DNA of 64,000 nucleotides from Bilabrum cf. latius (Eukaryota): NCBI GenBank assembly GCA_965178125.1, contig OZ237774.1, positions 372,001 to 436,000 of the forward strand, read 5' to 3'. Shown piece by piece: positions 11,995 to 24,139 of this stretch (position 1 is its first letter; each line of letters starts with the position of its first letter). The notes under the pieces were generated by a model. It saw only the letters and a program-made list of their open reading frames with translations, ran no database searches and was not told where the DNA came from. The position numbers and the translations under genes were made by a program.

Positions 11995-14900
11995 TCATTG
12001 GCCACTACTGCCTCCCCTCCCCCTGCCCCTACCACCCCTGCCACCCCTGTCCCTGTTCCCCCTGCCCCTGTCAGCGCCACCGCCCCTGCCACCGCCCCTG
12101 CCCCGTCCCCTCTTCGATCGGCGCCCCCCGCGACCCTAGCCCTGACCATACGAAGCACTCTGACCATCGCCACTTTGACCACCCTCGCCTGACATTTGGC
12201 TCCGGGTCCTTGCCGCCGCGCCCCCCGTCTCGCCGGCGCCGCCCGTGTGTCCCTAGCGATGGGCCCGCACCCTGCCCCGCCCACCGCCACGACCCCTACC
12301 CCGGCCCCTACCTCGCCCACGGCTGCCACCCCTAGATCCCTGCCCCTGGCCGCTGCCTCGATGGTTGCCCCTTCCCGTTGACATTCCCTTTCCCCTGTTT
12401 CCGCAGCTTCTTCCGGTAGATCTACCATCCCCTTCGTGCGCACTGCCGTGCGATGCATCTATCTCACGTACATCTCTGCCGTCTCTGATACTTTGCGTTT
12501 GATGATGACGAGTGACCAACGATGACTTGAGCCCGACAGCTGCAGGGGATTTCTCCGGATGCCCACAGCCAGCTCCTGCTCCTGCTCTTGCTCCCAGCCC
12601 ACCAACCCAGCCGTCACCGTCACTCGCATCCAGATTCGCACCGCTCTCGCCAGCATCACCATCAGTGCCATCACCATCCGAACCTGCATCATCGTGCAGT
12701 GCATCTAGCACAGCAGCCAAGGTTGGGTCATCTGGGGCAAGACCGAGGGCGGCTGCGGCTGCGGCTTCGGCTTCAGCTTCGACTTCGGCTGCTGGTGTTG
12801 CAGACGCGACACCAACAGGACGGGCAGACCCGGCCTCGTCACCCGATGCTTGCTGGCCCACCTCGCCCTAGTCGGCTGCATGCCTATCTTCATCTTCACC
12901 TTCATCTTCGTCCGCCCGCAGCACCAGTGCCCTGTGCCTGTCCACCTCACCCGCGTCAAACCCGAAGCACCCCTCAGGGTTGCAGCACGCCCCGCACCCG
13001 CACGCGCACACGTCAGGGTGGCAGGGAACGCCGGCCAGGGAACACGGACAGGTGTCGGTTGCAACCGTACCTGGGGTACCCGGACTGGCGTCGGTCCCTG
13101 CACCGGGTATCGCACACGCGCTCGCCGCTGCGCCACTGCTGCTGCTGCTGCTGCTGTGGTCCACAGAAATGCCGCGGCGCCGCGCAGCGGAACCTCCTGA
13201 ACCAGAGGCGGGCCTTGCTGCCGCCGCGGAAGACATAGACCTCTGCCTGCCGCCCGCTGCGGGGAGCGGCGGCGGGAGAACGCGTAAACTGGCTCCGATC
13301 GGATGTGAGGCATCGCCGGAGCCGTCGGCATGGGCAGGCCCTGCGATCGGGTCCTGGGGAGGCGCCGCGAGTGAGGTTCCGCAGAGAGGCGCCGCGCGCA
13401 GGATGGCCTCCAGCTGCGCCTCCATCTCCGCCCTTGTTCCCTGTGGATCGATGCCTCTCGATCGGAGCTCTTTCCGCAGGAACTTGGCCGGGACTTGCAC
13501 CTGCTTGTGCTTGTGCTTCTTGCCGTGGGATCCGCTGCCGCCCCCGGCGCCGCGCGGCTTCGCGTGGTCCCTGCGGAACTTCTCCAGGGGGTGCATGCAG
13601 TTGCAACCGGCGCCGCGCCTGCTATCCCTCAGTTCCTCGAGTGCTATCCTCTCGGCATGTTCCGCAGAGTTCAGGGCGGCGATGGCCGCCCGCATCCCAG
13701 CAGAGGCCGATGCCATCGGCAGGATGGAAGGGCTCAGGTGGGGGCTGAGCATGGGCAGCATCGGGCTGGGGTGGGAGCCGAGGCCAAACAGGCGGGGGCT
13801 GCTCCCGCCATGCACGCGGGATGACGAGTGCAGGGAAGCTGCGGTGCCGGAGCCGGTGCTGGCCGCGGAACCGGATCGAAGCCGTGCGCGGCGCCCCGCA
13901 GCACCGGTTCCAGAAGCCTTATTGTCTTCGTCTTCATCCTCATCGCTGCTCCACCCCCCTCCGCTTTGACCACCCCCACCAAGCCCTCGCCTCTTGCCAC
14001 TGGCCAAAGACGCCGTGCCAGTGGCATGCACCATGGACCGGTGCCGTTTCTTGCTGGCAGGGTACCCGGTTCGATCCCCGCTGCCCAACGCAGCATCCCC
14101 CAGCGAGAAGTCCACCGGCAGGTCGTCATCAGCGATACCGACGGCTCCCGCTGAAGCGCCCATTCCCGCACCCATTTCCACACCAAGCCCAGCAGGCGCC
14201 ATGTGCTCCAGGACCTCCTTACCGAGGTGACGAGCCACGGCTTCAGTGGCAGACTCGATCAGCCTCCTCCTGGCCGACTCGCTGGATGCAGAGAACAGCG
14301 GATTCGACGACGTGACCCCGTGTGACGAGTGCTTCGAGGATCCGGAGCCGGAACCCAAGGCGCCTTTGCCCTTGCTCTTGCCCCTCTCCTTGCCTGATTC
14401 CGACTCCGAATCTTTGGAATCGGAGCCGGAAGTGCCCGATCTCCTTTGGCTGCCCTGCCTCGTCTCGCCGGTGCATGCAGCTCGCTACAAGGGGGGCAGT
14501 TCGGCCATCCGCCTGGCGATGTCCTCGCGGCGCCGCGCCTCGAACTGGTCTACGGAACCGAGGCACACCTCTCCCGGCCGCAGGTGCACCGTCAAGGTCT
14601 CGATGGTGTGATGAGTATGGTCGCCACTCTCCCCCGCGAAGCCTTCGTCATTGCCGCCGCCTTTTTCGGCTGCAACTGCTGAAGCGCCTGAGGGCGTCAC
14701 CTCTGCCTCGACAGCTCGTTCCATCTCCACTTTAGCCACCCTCGGCCAGGCCTCTAGGCCCTCAAACGATTCCGGGTAGGGATCGTTAAAGACCGGAACA
14801 ACCCCTTTGATCGCAACGCCGGTGCTCGATGGCACTGTGCCGTCAGTGGCACCGGCACTGGCGGTGGGGGGTTTGGACTTGCTTTTGCTTGCAGCACGGC

Positions 14901-15876
14901 GCCGGTTCTTCCTTTTATCGTTTTTGTGCGTCGTTGACTGGCTTGTCACACTCGCAGATCGGTGTCGCCTGCCCTGCGCCGCATTCGTCACACTCCCGAC
15001 GTCCCCACCGTCATTGTCGTCATCTGAGCTGCTGACCCCTCCAGCCCCATGCGTACCGTCTGCATTCGTCACACCACCTCCACGCGTCACACCTCGCCTA
15101 ACCACCACGTAGGGGGCAAGTCCGAGGGACCAGCCCCCCCTTGCGGGGACACCCCCGCTGCCCCCCACGGCCCTTACGTACTCCCTTCCTGTGACGACCC
15201 CCCACCGGACCTGCTTCGGACCCGGAGCAGATTTGGACGCGGGTGTCGGTGCAGCGTCATCGAGCGGATTTTTCGATTCCAGGTCTGCTCGCCCCGATGC
15301 CACTTTAATGCCGGGATCTGGAGCGTCCCCGCCTGCATCCAAGGCTGCCAGCGCAGCGCGCAGCTGAGACGCGGCTTGATCGTTATCTTCATCTTCACTG
15401 CCGCGACCGTGGTGTTGGCCGGACCTATCAGGTGGGAATGCACGAGAGCGTGCATGTGACGATACACTCGTCACACCCCCGGGCACCGCACCGGGTTTTA
15501 GGACCCCCCTACTACTAGTGCTAGCATCACGGGCAGGGACACCGCCGGAGCCAACAGCTTCTGCCGTCCCCCTGACCATGGACCGAAGCTATGTGCAATT
15601 CGGTGCACCAGGGCACCTCAAAGGGTTAACAGCTGGAGGAAGGTCCGGGAGTTCCTCTCCGATCAAATTGCCGGACTTTGCGACTGCGTGCGATTTCCCG
15701 CCAGGGCTTTGGGAGAGTTGCTGCTTTTTAACACCGGGCGAGCTACTATCGTCTGCCCGGCGTAGACCAAATTGTGCGCTGCAATCTCCTTTGTTTGTAC
15801 CTTGAGGTGACTTTGAATCTTGCGACTACGCCTCCTCCGGCTCTGGATCGTACTGCAATGAGCCCTCGTTTCCCAT
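11995..15876 (-). CDS. CSRNP-family (cysteine/serine-rich nuclear protein)-like protein with a SAP-like segment and an RGG-rich C-terminus
   Basis: One frame from ATG 15876 (MGNEGS) to TGA 11995-11997, interrupted only by TAG. Motifs: VRWGVVTGREYVRAVGGSGGVPARGGWSLGL, ELRDSRRGAGCNC, TCPCSLAGVPCHPDVCACGCGACCNPEG, and LRKELRSRGIDPQGTRAEMEAQL. Confidence 0.7.
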
Positions 15877-16267
15877 GCTCTAGCTTGGTTGACACGAGGC
15901 GACTCCAACCTGATCGATTGCAAATATCCACTCTGATAGTGTATTATGCTGGCCAAAACACCTTGAGTCCGAGTGGAAGGTTCGCTGAATTAAGTCAACA
16001 AAATTGCTGTCGGCTGCGTGGCGCCTAGCTTGCGGCCGTGAATCGCTCGAATCAATGCAGATCCCAAGCGTGTACGGGACCTCCTTACTGAAGTGTTGGT
16101 TCATGCAACAACCTGCATGGTATCAATAAAAATCTGGCCAGTAGAGCTCATACACAAAATTCGCGGCAAAGACAAGTTCATGTGACGACTACACTGCACA
16201 TATTCAAGATGAAGCGAATTAATCGTGCTCCTGGGTGACTCATTCCGCAGTCAAACAAGAGGAATTA

Positions 16268-17814
16268 ATGGGGCAACGGCTATCTACGCTGCCAACTGCA
16301 TACCAGGCTGGCATTGCAGTAGCCTTCGGTGCTGCGGCACTCTACTTGATGTTGCCAAGCGGTAGACACAAGAGCCTCCCGCCGCAAGATCCTGTTGCCC
16401 ATACGCTGAAGACTCCCCGGCCGACAGAACATGGCCTTGATAAGCTCCAGGTAACATTGTACTAGATTAAGCCGTATAATGGGGAAGTACATGGCAGCGT
16501 CTCGCCATTCTGCTACAAAACGGAGTTGTTCTTGCGGGCAACTAAGATCCCGTTTCGAATAGAAAGAGGTGAGACTTGATTTGGGTGTTGTAGTGACTGT
16601 ATCAGTAACAAATTTAGGATTTGGTGTTCAATCTCTCGGATTACGCCTGATGCTCTGTTTGTCAAGCTGAAACAGTTGCTCAAGCTGTTTCTCCGGCCGA
16701 GTCCGTGGGCTTTCGCCTTGACACAGTGTAGTTAGAGCCAATATCTTCGTATGATAATGAGACAGTCTGATGTGGAATCCATTGTAGCGCTTCAAAAATA
16801 ATCATCCTCGTTCTGTTCAACTGTACACAAGAGAACTCTACCTCGTATTGCGATGCAGGTGCCATATTCGGCGCTCCCAAGAAAAAGGTACCTTACGCCA
16901 AACTCGGGAAAGATATCACGCTGTGTGACAGCGCTGACATTATAGAATACCTCACCCGGGTGCACTCCAAGCGAATCAAGGATGGCAAGCTCGGCAGCCT
17001 GCTCCTCGATGAAGCACTCCCTCGCTCGGTGGCCGCCCAGCACCACCTGGCCCGACGCACTCTGGAAGAGCACGTGAACTTCTGCGCCAATGCCATGATC
17101 TTCGGGACGGAGCGCGGGTTTGCCCACGTCTTGCGTCGGTCGGAGGAGATTAACGAGGTCCCATGGCCCTTCACCAGCATGGTCGCAAATTTCATCCGGA
17201 GTGCCATCGTCGACTCCACGCACGCGCAGGGGGTATCGCGCCACTGTGCCGAGCTGATCGCCCATCGGCTGGCGGAGGATATCGACGCGATAGGGAGACT
17301 TCACAAGGACATCAAGCTGCCTGGGGGCCCCTTCTTTGGAGGCACACACGTGACCGTGCTGGATTGCGTGGCAGTGGGCTTCCTGCACGGCATGTACGCG
17401 GACGGTGTGCCGGGCCCCGTGGATGGAGGGGTAGGAGGGGAAAAGACAAAAGAAGAAGACGTGGATGATGCATCATCAGCTGCAACAGGCCGGGACAGGC
17501 GTGGTCGCCGCGGCAGCCGGGGCGGCGGAGATCCGGACAGGCTCGGAGGTGACAATTCACGTGCTGGCAGCGCGGGCGGCTCGAGGGCGGGCGCTCCCGG
17601 GTTCGAGACCGACCACCTGGGGTTCCTGCCCCAAGGCGGCAAATCGACTCCGGACGAGAGGGAGAGGCACGCGTGGGCGCTGGTGGTGGAGGCGCTAGAC
17701 CGGAACAAGAACCTCGAGAAGCTGGTGCGAGCAGCACACGAGACGTTCATGCTGGAGCCCGTCCCTTCAGCGAGCGGCGGGGGTGACATGGGGAATGCGA
17801 GCGATGGGCGATGA
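16268..17814 (+). CDS. Metaxin/failed-axon-connections (FAX)-like GST-fold protein with an N-terminal membrane anchor; intron 16569-16858
   Basis: VTLY[TAG]IKP...SVSPFCYKTELFLRATKIPF|GAIFGAPKKKVPY...LCDSADIIEYL...GPFFGGTHVTVLDCVAVGFL. A phase-1 GT-AG intron restores the frame. Ends in TGA. Confidence 0.85.
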
Positions 17815-18107
17815 CGAATTTCGATCCATAGAGGATGAGACGGTGGTGGTGTGACAAGATGCAAGGGCTGGACCAGGGCCTGCGGGTTTACAACTGCTAT
17901 GGGTTGCTCACTCCAAGCAACTCTCATCCATCTTGCGATTTTCACTTGGCTATGCCAGCTGGGTGGAGAGATGTTGGCATGATAGGATTGTCAGCGCAAA
18001 CGAAGCGAGAGAGTTGCTGGTCTAGACCGGATGCGAAAGAGAAACTAGCTACACCGGCATCGCCGAATCGAATCGAAGATGCAAACACATCATCAAGGGA
18101 ACTGCCA

Positions 18108-18178
18108 TTGATCCGATCCATTGCACCTTGATCCGATCCATTACACCTTGATCCGATCCATTCCACCTTGATCCGATC
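18108..18178. repeat. ~3.5 tandem copies of a 20-bp unit (TTGATCCGATCCATTNCACC) immediately 3' of the ABCB stop codon
   Basis: Unit starts at 18108, 18128, 18148 and 18168. Confidence 0.9.
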
Positions 18179-21100
18179 ACAGCTCGGCCCCAGCCGCCCC
18201 AGCTGCGGCGTCCCCCTTCCCTGCACCTCCTGAGGGGCTGGGCGCAGCAGCAGCCGAGGCTGAGGCGGCAGCGCTGCGGCGCCCCGCCCTGCTGCTCGCG
18301 GGCCGGCTGCTGTCATCCGCCCCTGACAGCCTCCAGAGCTTCTGGTAGAGCTCGCAGCGGCCCAGCAGCTCGTCGTGCGTGCCCGCGTCCACGACCTTGC
18401 CCTCCGCCATGACCACGATCTGGTCGCTGGACTGGATGGTGGTCAGCCTGTGCGCGATCTGCACCGTGGTGAAGCCCGCCTGCCCCGTCCTGGCCTCTTG
18501 TTCCTTGGCCTTGGTGGTGAGGTCATCGATGGTCTTCATCACCACGTCCTGCGACCGAGAGTCCAGCGCTGAGGTGCTCTCGTCGAAGATCAGGAGCTTG
18601 GGCTTCCGGACCAGCGCCCTGGCGATGCAGATCCTCTGCTTCTGGCCACCGCTCACCTTGGCCCCTGAGGCGGACCCCACCTCGGTCTTGTACCCCTGGG
18701 GCATCGTCTTCTCGTTCTCCACGAACTCGGCGGCATTGGCCAGGAGGCAGGCCTCTCTGATGGACGGCATCACCCCCAAGGGCGCCTCTTCGTCCAACCA
18801 GCGCACCGTGTCTGCGCCTTGCGCCATCAGCTCCGACGCAGCGCCGCCCTGAGCCCTGCCCCCTGTACTCGTACTCCCCTCGCCGTCGGTATCTCCACGA
18901 CCGGCCGCGCGATCCTGCCTCCTCAGCGCCTCGGCTTCATCGGGGAGACCGTACCCGATGGAGAAGCCCACCGTGCCGGGAAGCAGAACCGGCTCCTGCT
19001 GCACGAAGCCGAGCGCTGCCCTCAGCGAGGCGGTGTTGATGGTCTGTACGTCCATGCCGTCGAAGAGAACCTTGCCCTTCTGAGGGACGTACTGCTTCAG
19101 CAGCAGCTTCACGATGGTGCTCTTGCCCGAGCCAGAGGGTCCCACGAGAGCGTTGACCGTGCCTGCCTTGAGGGTCAGGCTGACGTTGTTGAGGACCCAT
19201 TCGTTGGGACGGGTGGGGTAGGCAAGGCTCACGCCCCGGAGCTCCACCTCTCCCCTCACCTCGGCGGGGTTGAGCATGGTGCCCTCCTGGTTCAAGGGGT
19301 CGATTGGCTTGACGCGGTCGATGAGGGAGAAGATGCTGCGCTTGGCGGGCTCCGCCTTGGCTGCGTCAGTGGCGAATGCTGCGGCTTGCCCCGCGCCGTA
19401 CGCCGCCCATAGGATTGAGAACACGGCGGAGAGCAGGTCCCCGATGGTGATGTAGCCGTCCTTGATGAAGATGGCCCCTACGTAAAACACCACGGCGAAG
19501 ATGGCGAACTGCAGGCACTGGCTCACACCGAATGACAGGCCGGCCATCCACGCCTGCAGGGCCAACAGGTCCTTGGCCTTGTCACCGGCGACCTTGAAGA
19601 GCTTCATGATGGCGCCGTGCATGGAGAACGCGTGCACCGTGCGAATGTTCGTCACAGCCTCCCCGGCCACGTCCCCACTGGCCTCGTACTCCGAGTCCTT
19701 GCCCCCGGACCCGCCCATCAGGGCAGCGCTCTCGAGCATGCCGGCGACGACCATAAGAGGCGCCATCGCGAGCACGACCAGAGACACTCGCCAAGATCGG
19801 GTGAAGGCCAGGGCAGTGCCGATCACCATCGCGAACAGGGTCTGCACGTACAGCGCATACTTCTCTCCTAGAGTGGAACGTACCATGGCGCAGTCGCCCG
19901 CCAGACGCGCCGCCAGCCGCCCCGTGCTGTTCCTCCTCTCGTCGAAGAAGCCCGCTTCGCAGCGCAAAATGGCGGCGTAGTAGTCCACGCGGATCCTCCT
20001 GGTCATGCGCTCCCCCACAACCCCAAAGGCCCAGAACTGGCCCCATTGTGCCAGGAATGCAGCGAAACCGCAGACCACGAGATACGCCATGAACCGGGTG
20101 GTGCGGTCCTCGAGCTCATCGTCCTCAAAGTAGAAACCCTCCACAAGGTCTCCGAAGAAATAGCCGATCTGCGTGAGAAACAAGAGAAACGGGGCGTCAA
20201 CAGATGCGGAGTGAAGGCCGGAAGGAAACCGAGGCGGCAAGAACATCCAAGCGAAAGCATCGCCGTCTCACCAGCGGGAAGGTGGCACCATTCAGGGCGG
20301 CACAGATCATCCCGATCGCGAGGTAGCCCCACTCTTCGCTCGAGTACTACCACACGCGCATGGATCCGGGGTCGGGCAGCTTCTCAGCTTCCTTGAGCAG
20401 CATCTCATCGTATTCGTCGTCGTTAAGCTCCTCCTCCTCCTCCTCCTCCTCGTCCTTATCATCATCGTCAGTCTTTCCCTTGCCAGCAGCCTTCTCCTCC
20501 TGCGGCTGTTGCTTCTCCGGGGACACGGCCGAGAGTTTGGGACTCACTGCACTGACTGCCACCGCGCCGCTAGCATTCCCAGCAGCAGCAGCAGCCGCGG
20601 GCTTCTCGTCTTCCTGCTCCATGGCCAGCACAGCGGCAGCTCCCTTGCCCGCCACCTCCTCTGCCTCATCAACATCATCGTCGTCGTCGTCGTCTAGGTT
20701 GTCCACCGCAGAGGCCCTGTACAGCCTGTAGTAGGCTCCGTCGTGCTCCTGCATGAGCTCCTCGTGTGTCCCCTGCTGCACGATCCTCCCGTGCTCCATC
20801 ACAACGATCTTGTCGGCTCCCTTGACCGTGGATAGACGGTGCGCCACGATCACCTGGGTGAAGGGCCGCCCTTGTTCCCTGGCGTCCCTCCTCATGGAGG
20901 CGAACGACTCCTGCAGCATCTTCTCGCTGTGGGTGTCCAGGGCACTCGTGCTCTCGTCGTCGAGGAACACGCGAGGGGCTCGGATGACCGATCTCGCGAT
21001 TGCGATCCTCTGCTTCTGGCCCCCGCTGACGGTGCTTCCGCCCTCTCCCACGTACGAGTCGTAGCCCTGCTTGAGCTGCGTGATGAAGTCGTGCGCCACC

Positions 21101-23322
21101 GCCACCTTGGAGGCGTGCTCCACCTCGTTCTGGGGAATCTCGTCGGCGTTGTCTGCGGAGGAGCGCCCGAACTTGATGTTCTCCCCGATGGAGGCCATGA
21201 AGAGAGCTGGCTCCTGCTGCACCACCCCGAGCACGCGGCGGTACGAGTTCACGTTGAGGCTCCGGATGTCCTGCCCGTCCAGCTGCACCTGTCCCGACTG
21301 CGGGTCGTACAGCCGCTGGAGCAGCTGCAGTGCGGTGCTCTTGCCAGACCCGGAGCCTCCCACCAGCGCCACGGTCTCGCCCGGCTGGATCTCGAGCGAG
21401 AACTTGTCGAGTACCTTGTGCTCCGGGCGGGAGGGGTAGGCAAAGGTCACGTCCTTGAAGCTGAGCGCGCCCCGGACTTTGTCCAAGCCCACCTTATTCC
21501 CCGAGTCGGTCGACACGTCAATCTCCGGAACACGCTCCCGAAGCTCGAGCACGCGAGCCACCTTGGTCTTTGCCGTGAAGAACGCTGCCAGGTTGGGAGC
21601 AGCCTGAGCGAGCGAGAACATACCGATGAGCACAGAAAGAAGCACGTTGTTGGCCACGCCTCCCGTCATGCACTTGTCAGTGGGTGGCAGGGGCACTCTG
21701 CACACGGTGGGGTTATCGTTCCGGTCCCGCACGATGAGCCAGCCGCCGAACCAAAGGCATACGCCGTACGCGATGCCGAACATGCCTGCGGTGACGAGAT
21801 ACGAGACGAATACAGTACAAAAGTACTCGAGGCGTCCGTAGATTTTGCTCGAGAGCAGAGGGCCACAACATGCCAGGCGAGGGACAGCTAAAAGGGGAAG
21901 GAGGCTCGCGGTGTGTTGAGCTGGGGCAGGCACAAGCAGTTGAGCGCGCAAGCTGGCAGGGATGGCACCTTAACCCCCCCCGCACCCGCCACACAAAATC
22001 CAACGCCAAACTCACACATGAAGACCCCCATCCCGAGCCCGAAGTAGTACTGTTTCTTGATGCCTGCCTCCTCGGCTGTCTCGAGCCGCTTGCGGTACCT
22101 CTGCAGCTCCGTCCGCTCCCGGCCGAACGCAGCCACGGTCCGGATGGCAGCGATTGCCTCCGTGGCGGCCTGCCCTGCGTAGGCGTACGCGTCGGACAGC
22201 TTCCTCTCGAGCTCGTCACCAGACCATTCGATGAGGAAACCGCCCACCATGGCCACGGGTATGAGCCCGAACATGAGGAGAGACATCTCCCAGGAAAAGT
22301 AAAAGCCCACCGCGAGGCCGGCGATGCACGAGGACCCGAAGTGGATGCCCTGTCCCAATTTGGCTCCGAGTCCGTTGCGCATGGCGATGGTGTCTTCCGC
22401 CATCCGGCCGGCGACGGCCTCTGCCGGGTGCGTGTCGTAGTACTCCGCGGGCTGGCGGAGCAGTGCCTTGAGGTAATCTTCTCTTGCTCGCATGACCTAG
22501 TTGTCGGCGGCCAGCATGAACAGGGTCGTCTCCATGTAGGAGGCGATGAGGGTTGCCACTCCCAGGACGCCGAACAGGATGGCGATGTCCCTGACTTCGT
22601 CGAGGAGCGTTTCCTGCGGATGGCAACCAAGGTGCAGAGAGGCAGACAGGCAGGGATGTGGGCATGGGTGGGGTACGCCGAGAGGTACAGGCCATTTGAC
22701 AGACGCATACGCGTGCCAAACTAGAACTATCTTTGAATACGGCGATGCACTCCTCTATTTGGGGAAACCACGCAAGCGTGAGCAAGGGCCTAGCGAACGA
22801 GTCTCACCTCGTCGGCCACCGCAATCTGATCGATCAGGTCACCTGCGGGCAAGGCAAACAGAAGCAGCAACAACATTAAAATCTGAACAATGAGAAGGAC
22901 TCGAAAACAACCTGGATTTGCGTATTGGCGCTAGCGCGAAAACTATGGGAGCTACTGCTCCTGGAACGAATGACGCAGCAACCGTATGGACGGGTCCCAA
23001 ATTGCCAGGAACGCTCCAAGCTCACCGAAGAATATGGCAAACATTGGAAGTGTAACACCATTGGCCTGCAGTGCTGGCATAAAGATAGTCCACTTAAAAC
23101 TAGCGTCAACGCAGAAATACACAATCGCGGCGGTGCGGTGAAACGACGCAGGTGTAGCGCCCCAGGCCTACTCACCAAGGCAAGCACGCCACCAACGATC
23201 ATGATTGTAATGTCATAAGAATCGGCCCACTGAAACACTTCGCAAGTCGTAGTTGGCCTCGTCGGCTCTTCTTCAAGCTCTTCTTCCTTCTTGCTGGGGT
23301 CCTCTGCTGGAGCAGCTGCCAT
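18177..23322 (-). CDS. Full-length ABCB/MDR (P-glycoprotein-type) transporter, multi-exon
   Basis: TMD-NBD-TMD-NBD layout: Walker A GGSGSGKST and GPSGSGKST, signature SGGQKQRI, DESTSALD and AHRL(S/T)T twice; N-terminal FQWADSYDITIMIVG. In-frame TAGs at 22497-22499 (AADN*VMRAR, the conserved Q) and 20347. Exact 5' exon boundaries are not fully resolved. Confidence 0.93.
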
Positions 23323-23462
23323 GGTACTGCACGAGCGTATGCACCTTTATAACAATGAACGAAGATACTGAAAGACTCAGCTTCTGGTGCAGTACAATCT
23401 TTGTGATGCGCAGTAATTGTGACCATGTCGGCAACGTGCCGCAAGTTTTGCGGTGAAATGAG

Positions 23463-23903
23463 AGAACCTTCAAGAACCTTCGATCGAATTGCGGCGAAGC
23501 ACTTGCGACCAAGAGGAACGACAATTTTGCGACCCAATGCAACAAGGAGCGGTTGGAACCGCTGGATGTGGATGGGGTCTCGCTCGATGCTCCCGAGGGA
23601 GAGAGCGACAGCCAGACAGAAGCTTCAGATCTGTCGGACGACGATACGAGCCAGCAGAGCGAGGATGGTGCCGAAGCTGGTGAGTGGAAGCGACCGAAGG
23701 CAAGTAAGCGAAGACGGTTCTCGGAAGAACTGTCCAGTCTGTCTGAGCCAAAGGATGATGATCGAGATGAGGATGGTGTGATGCCGTCAATTTCACTTAG
23801 TCCCGCGAACTTCAGGAATGTCGTGAACGCGGAGCATGCAGTGGTTAAGGTTTCTCAGTAGAGTGCTGACACCAGGCCTGCGAAACGTGCGCGAAATGAC
23901 TGA
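23463..23903 (+). CDS. Possible small acidic protein or exon with NLS-like motifs
   Basis: Open frame (one TAG) with acidic composition, KRPKASKRRR and C-terminal RPAKRARND-TGA. No ATG found at its 5' end, so it would need an upstream exon. Confidence 0.3.
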
Positions 23904-24139
23904 TTAGGGCGGGGGGTTTGCAAGAGGTCCTTTGTAGCGTGTTGAACTTTCAAGAAGAAGATTAAAACCGCTGGGTAGTCGGGGAGAGGATTGGATGAAT
24001 TAACAAAAGAAGAGCGATCGCATCTCGCAACTTGCGATAAGTGAATGATGTCTATGCCTTGCTGAATCGTGCAGATTACACTAGCCAGACGGAAATAACT
24101 CTGCGGTGTGGTTGCGCTGTTTCTGCAAGGGCTTTCAGG

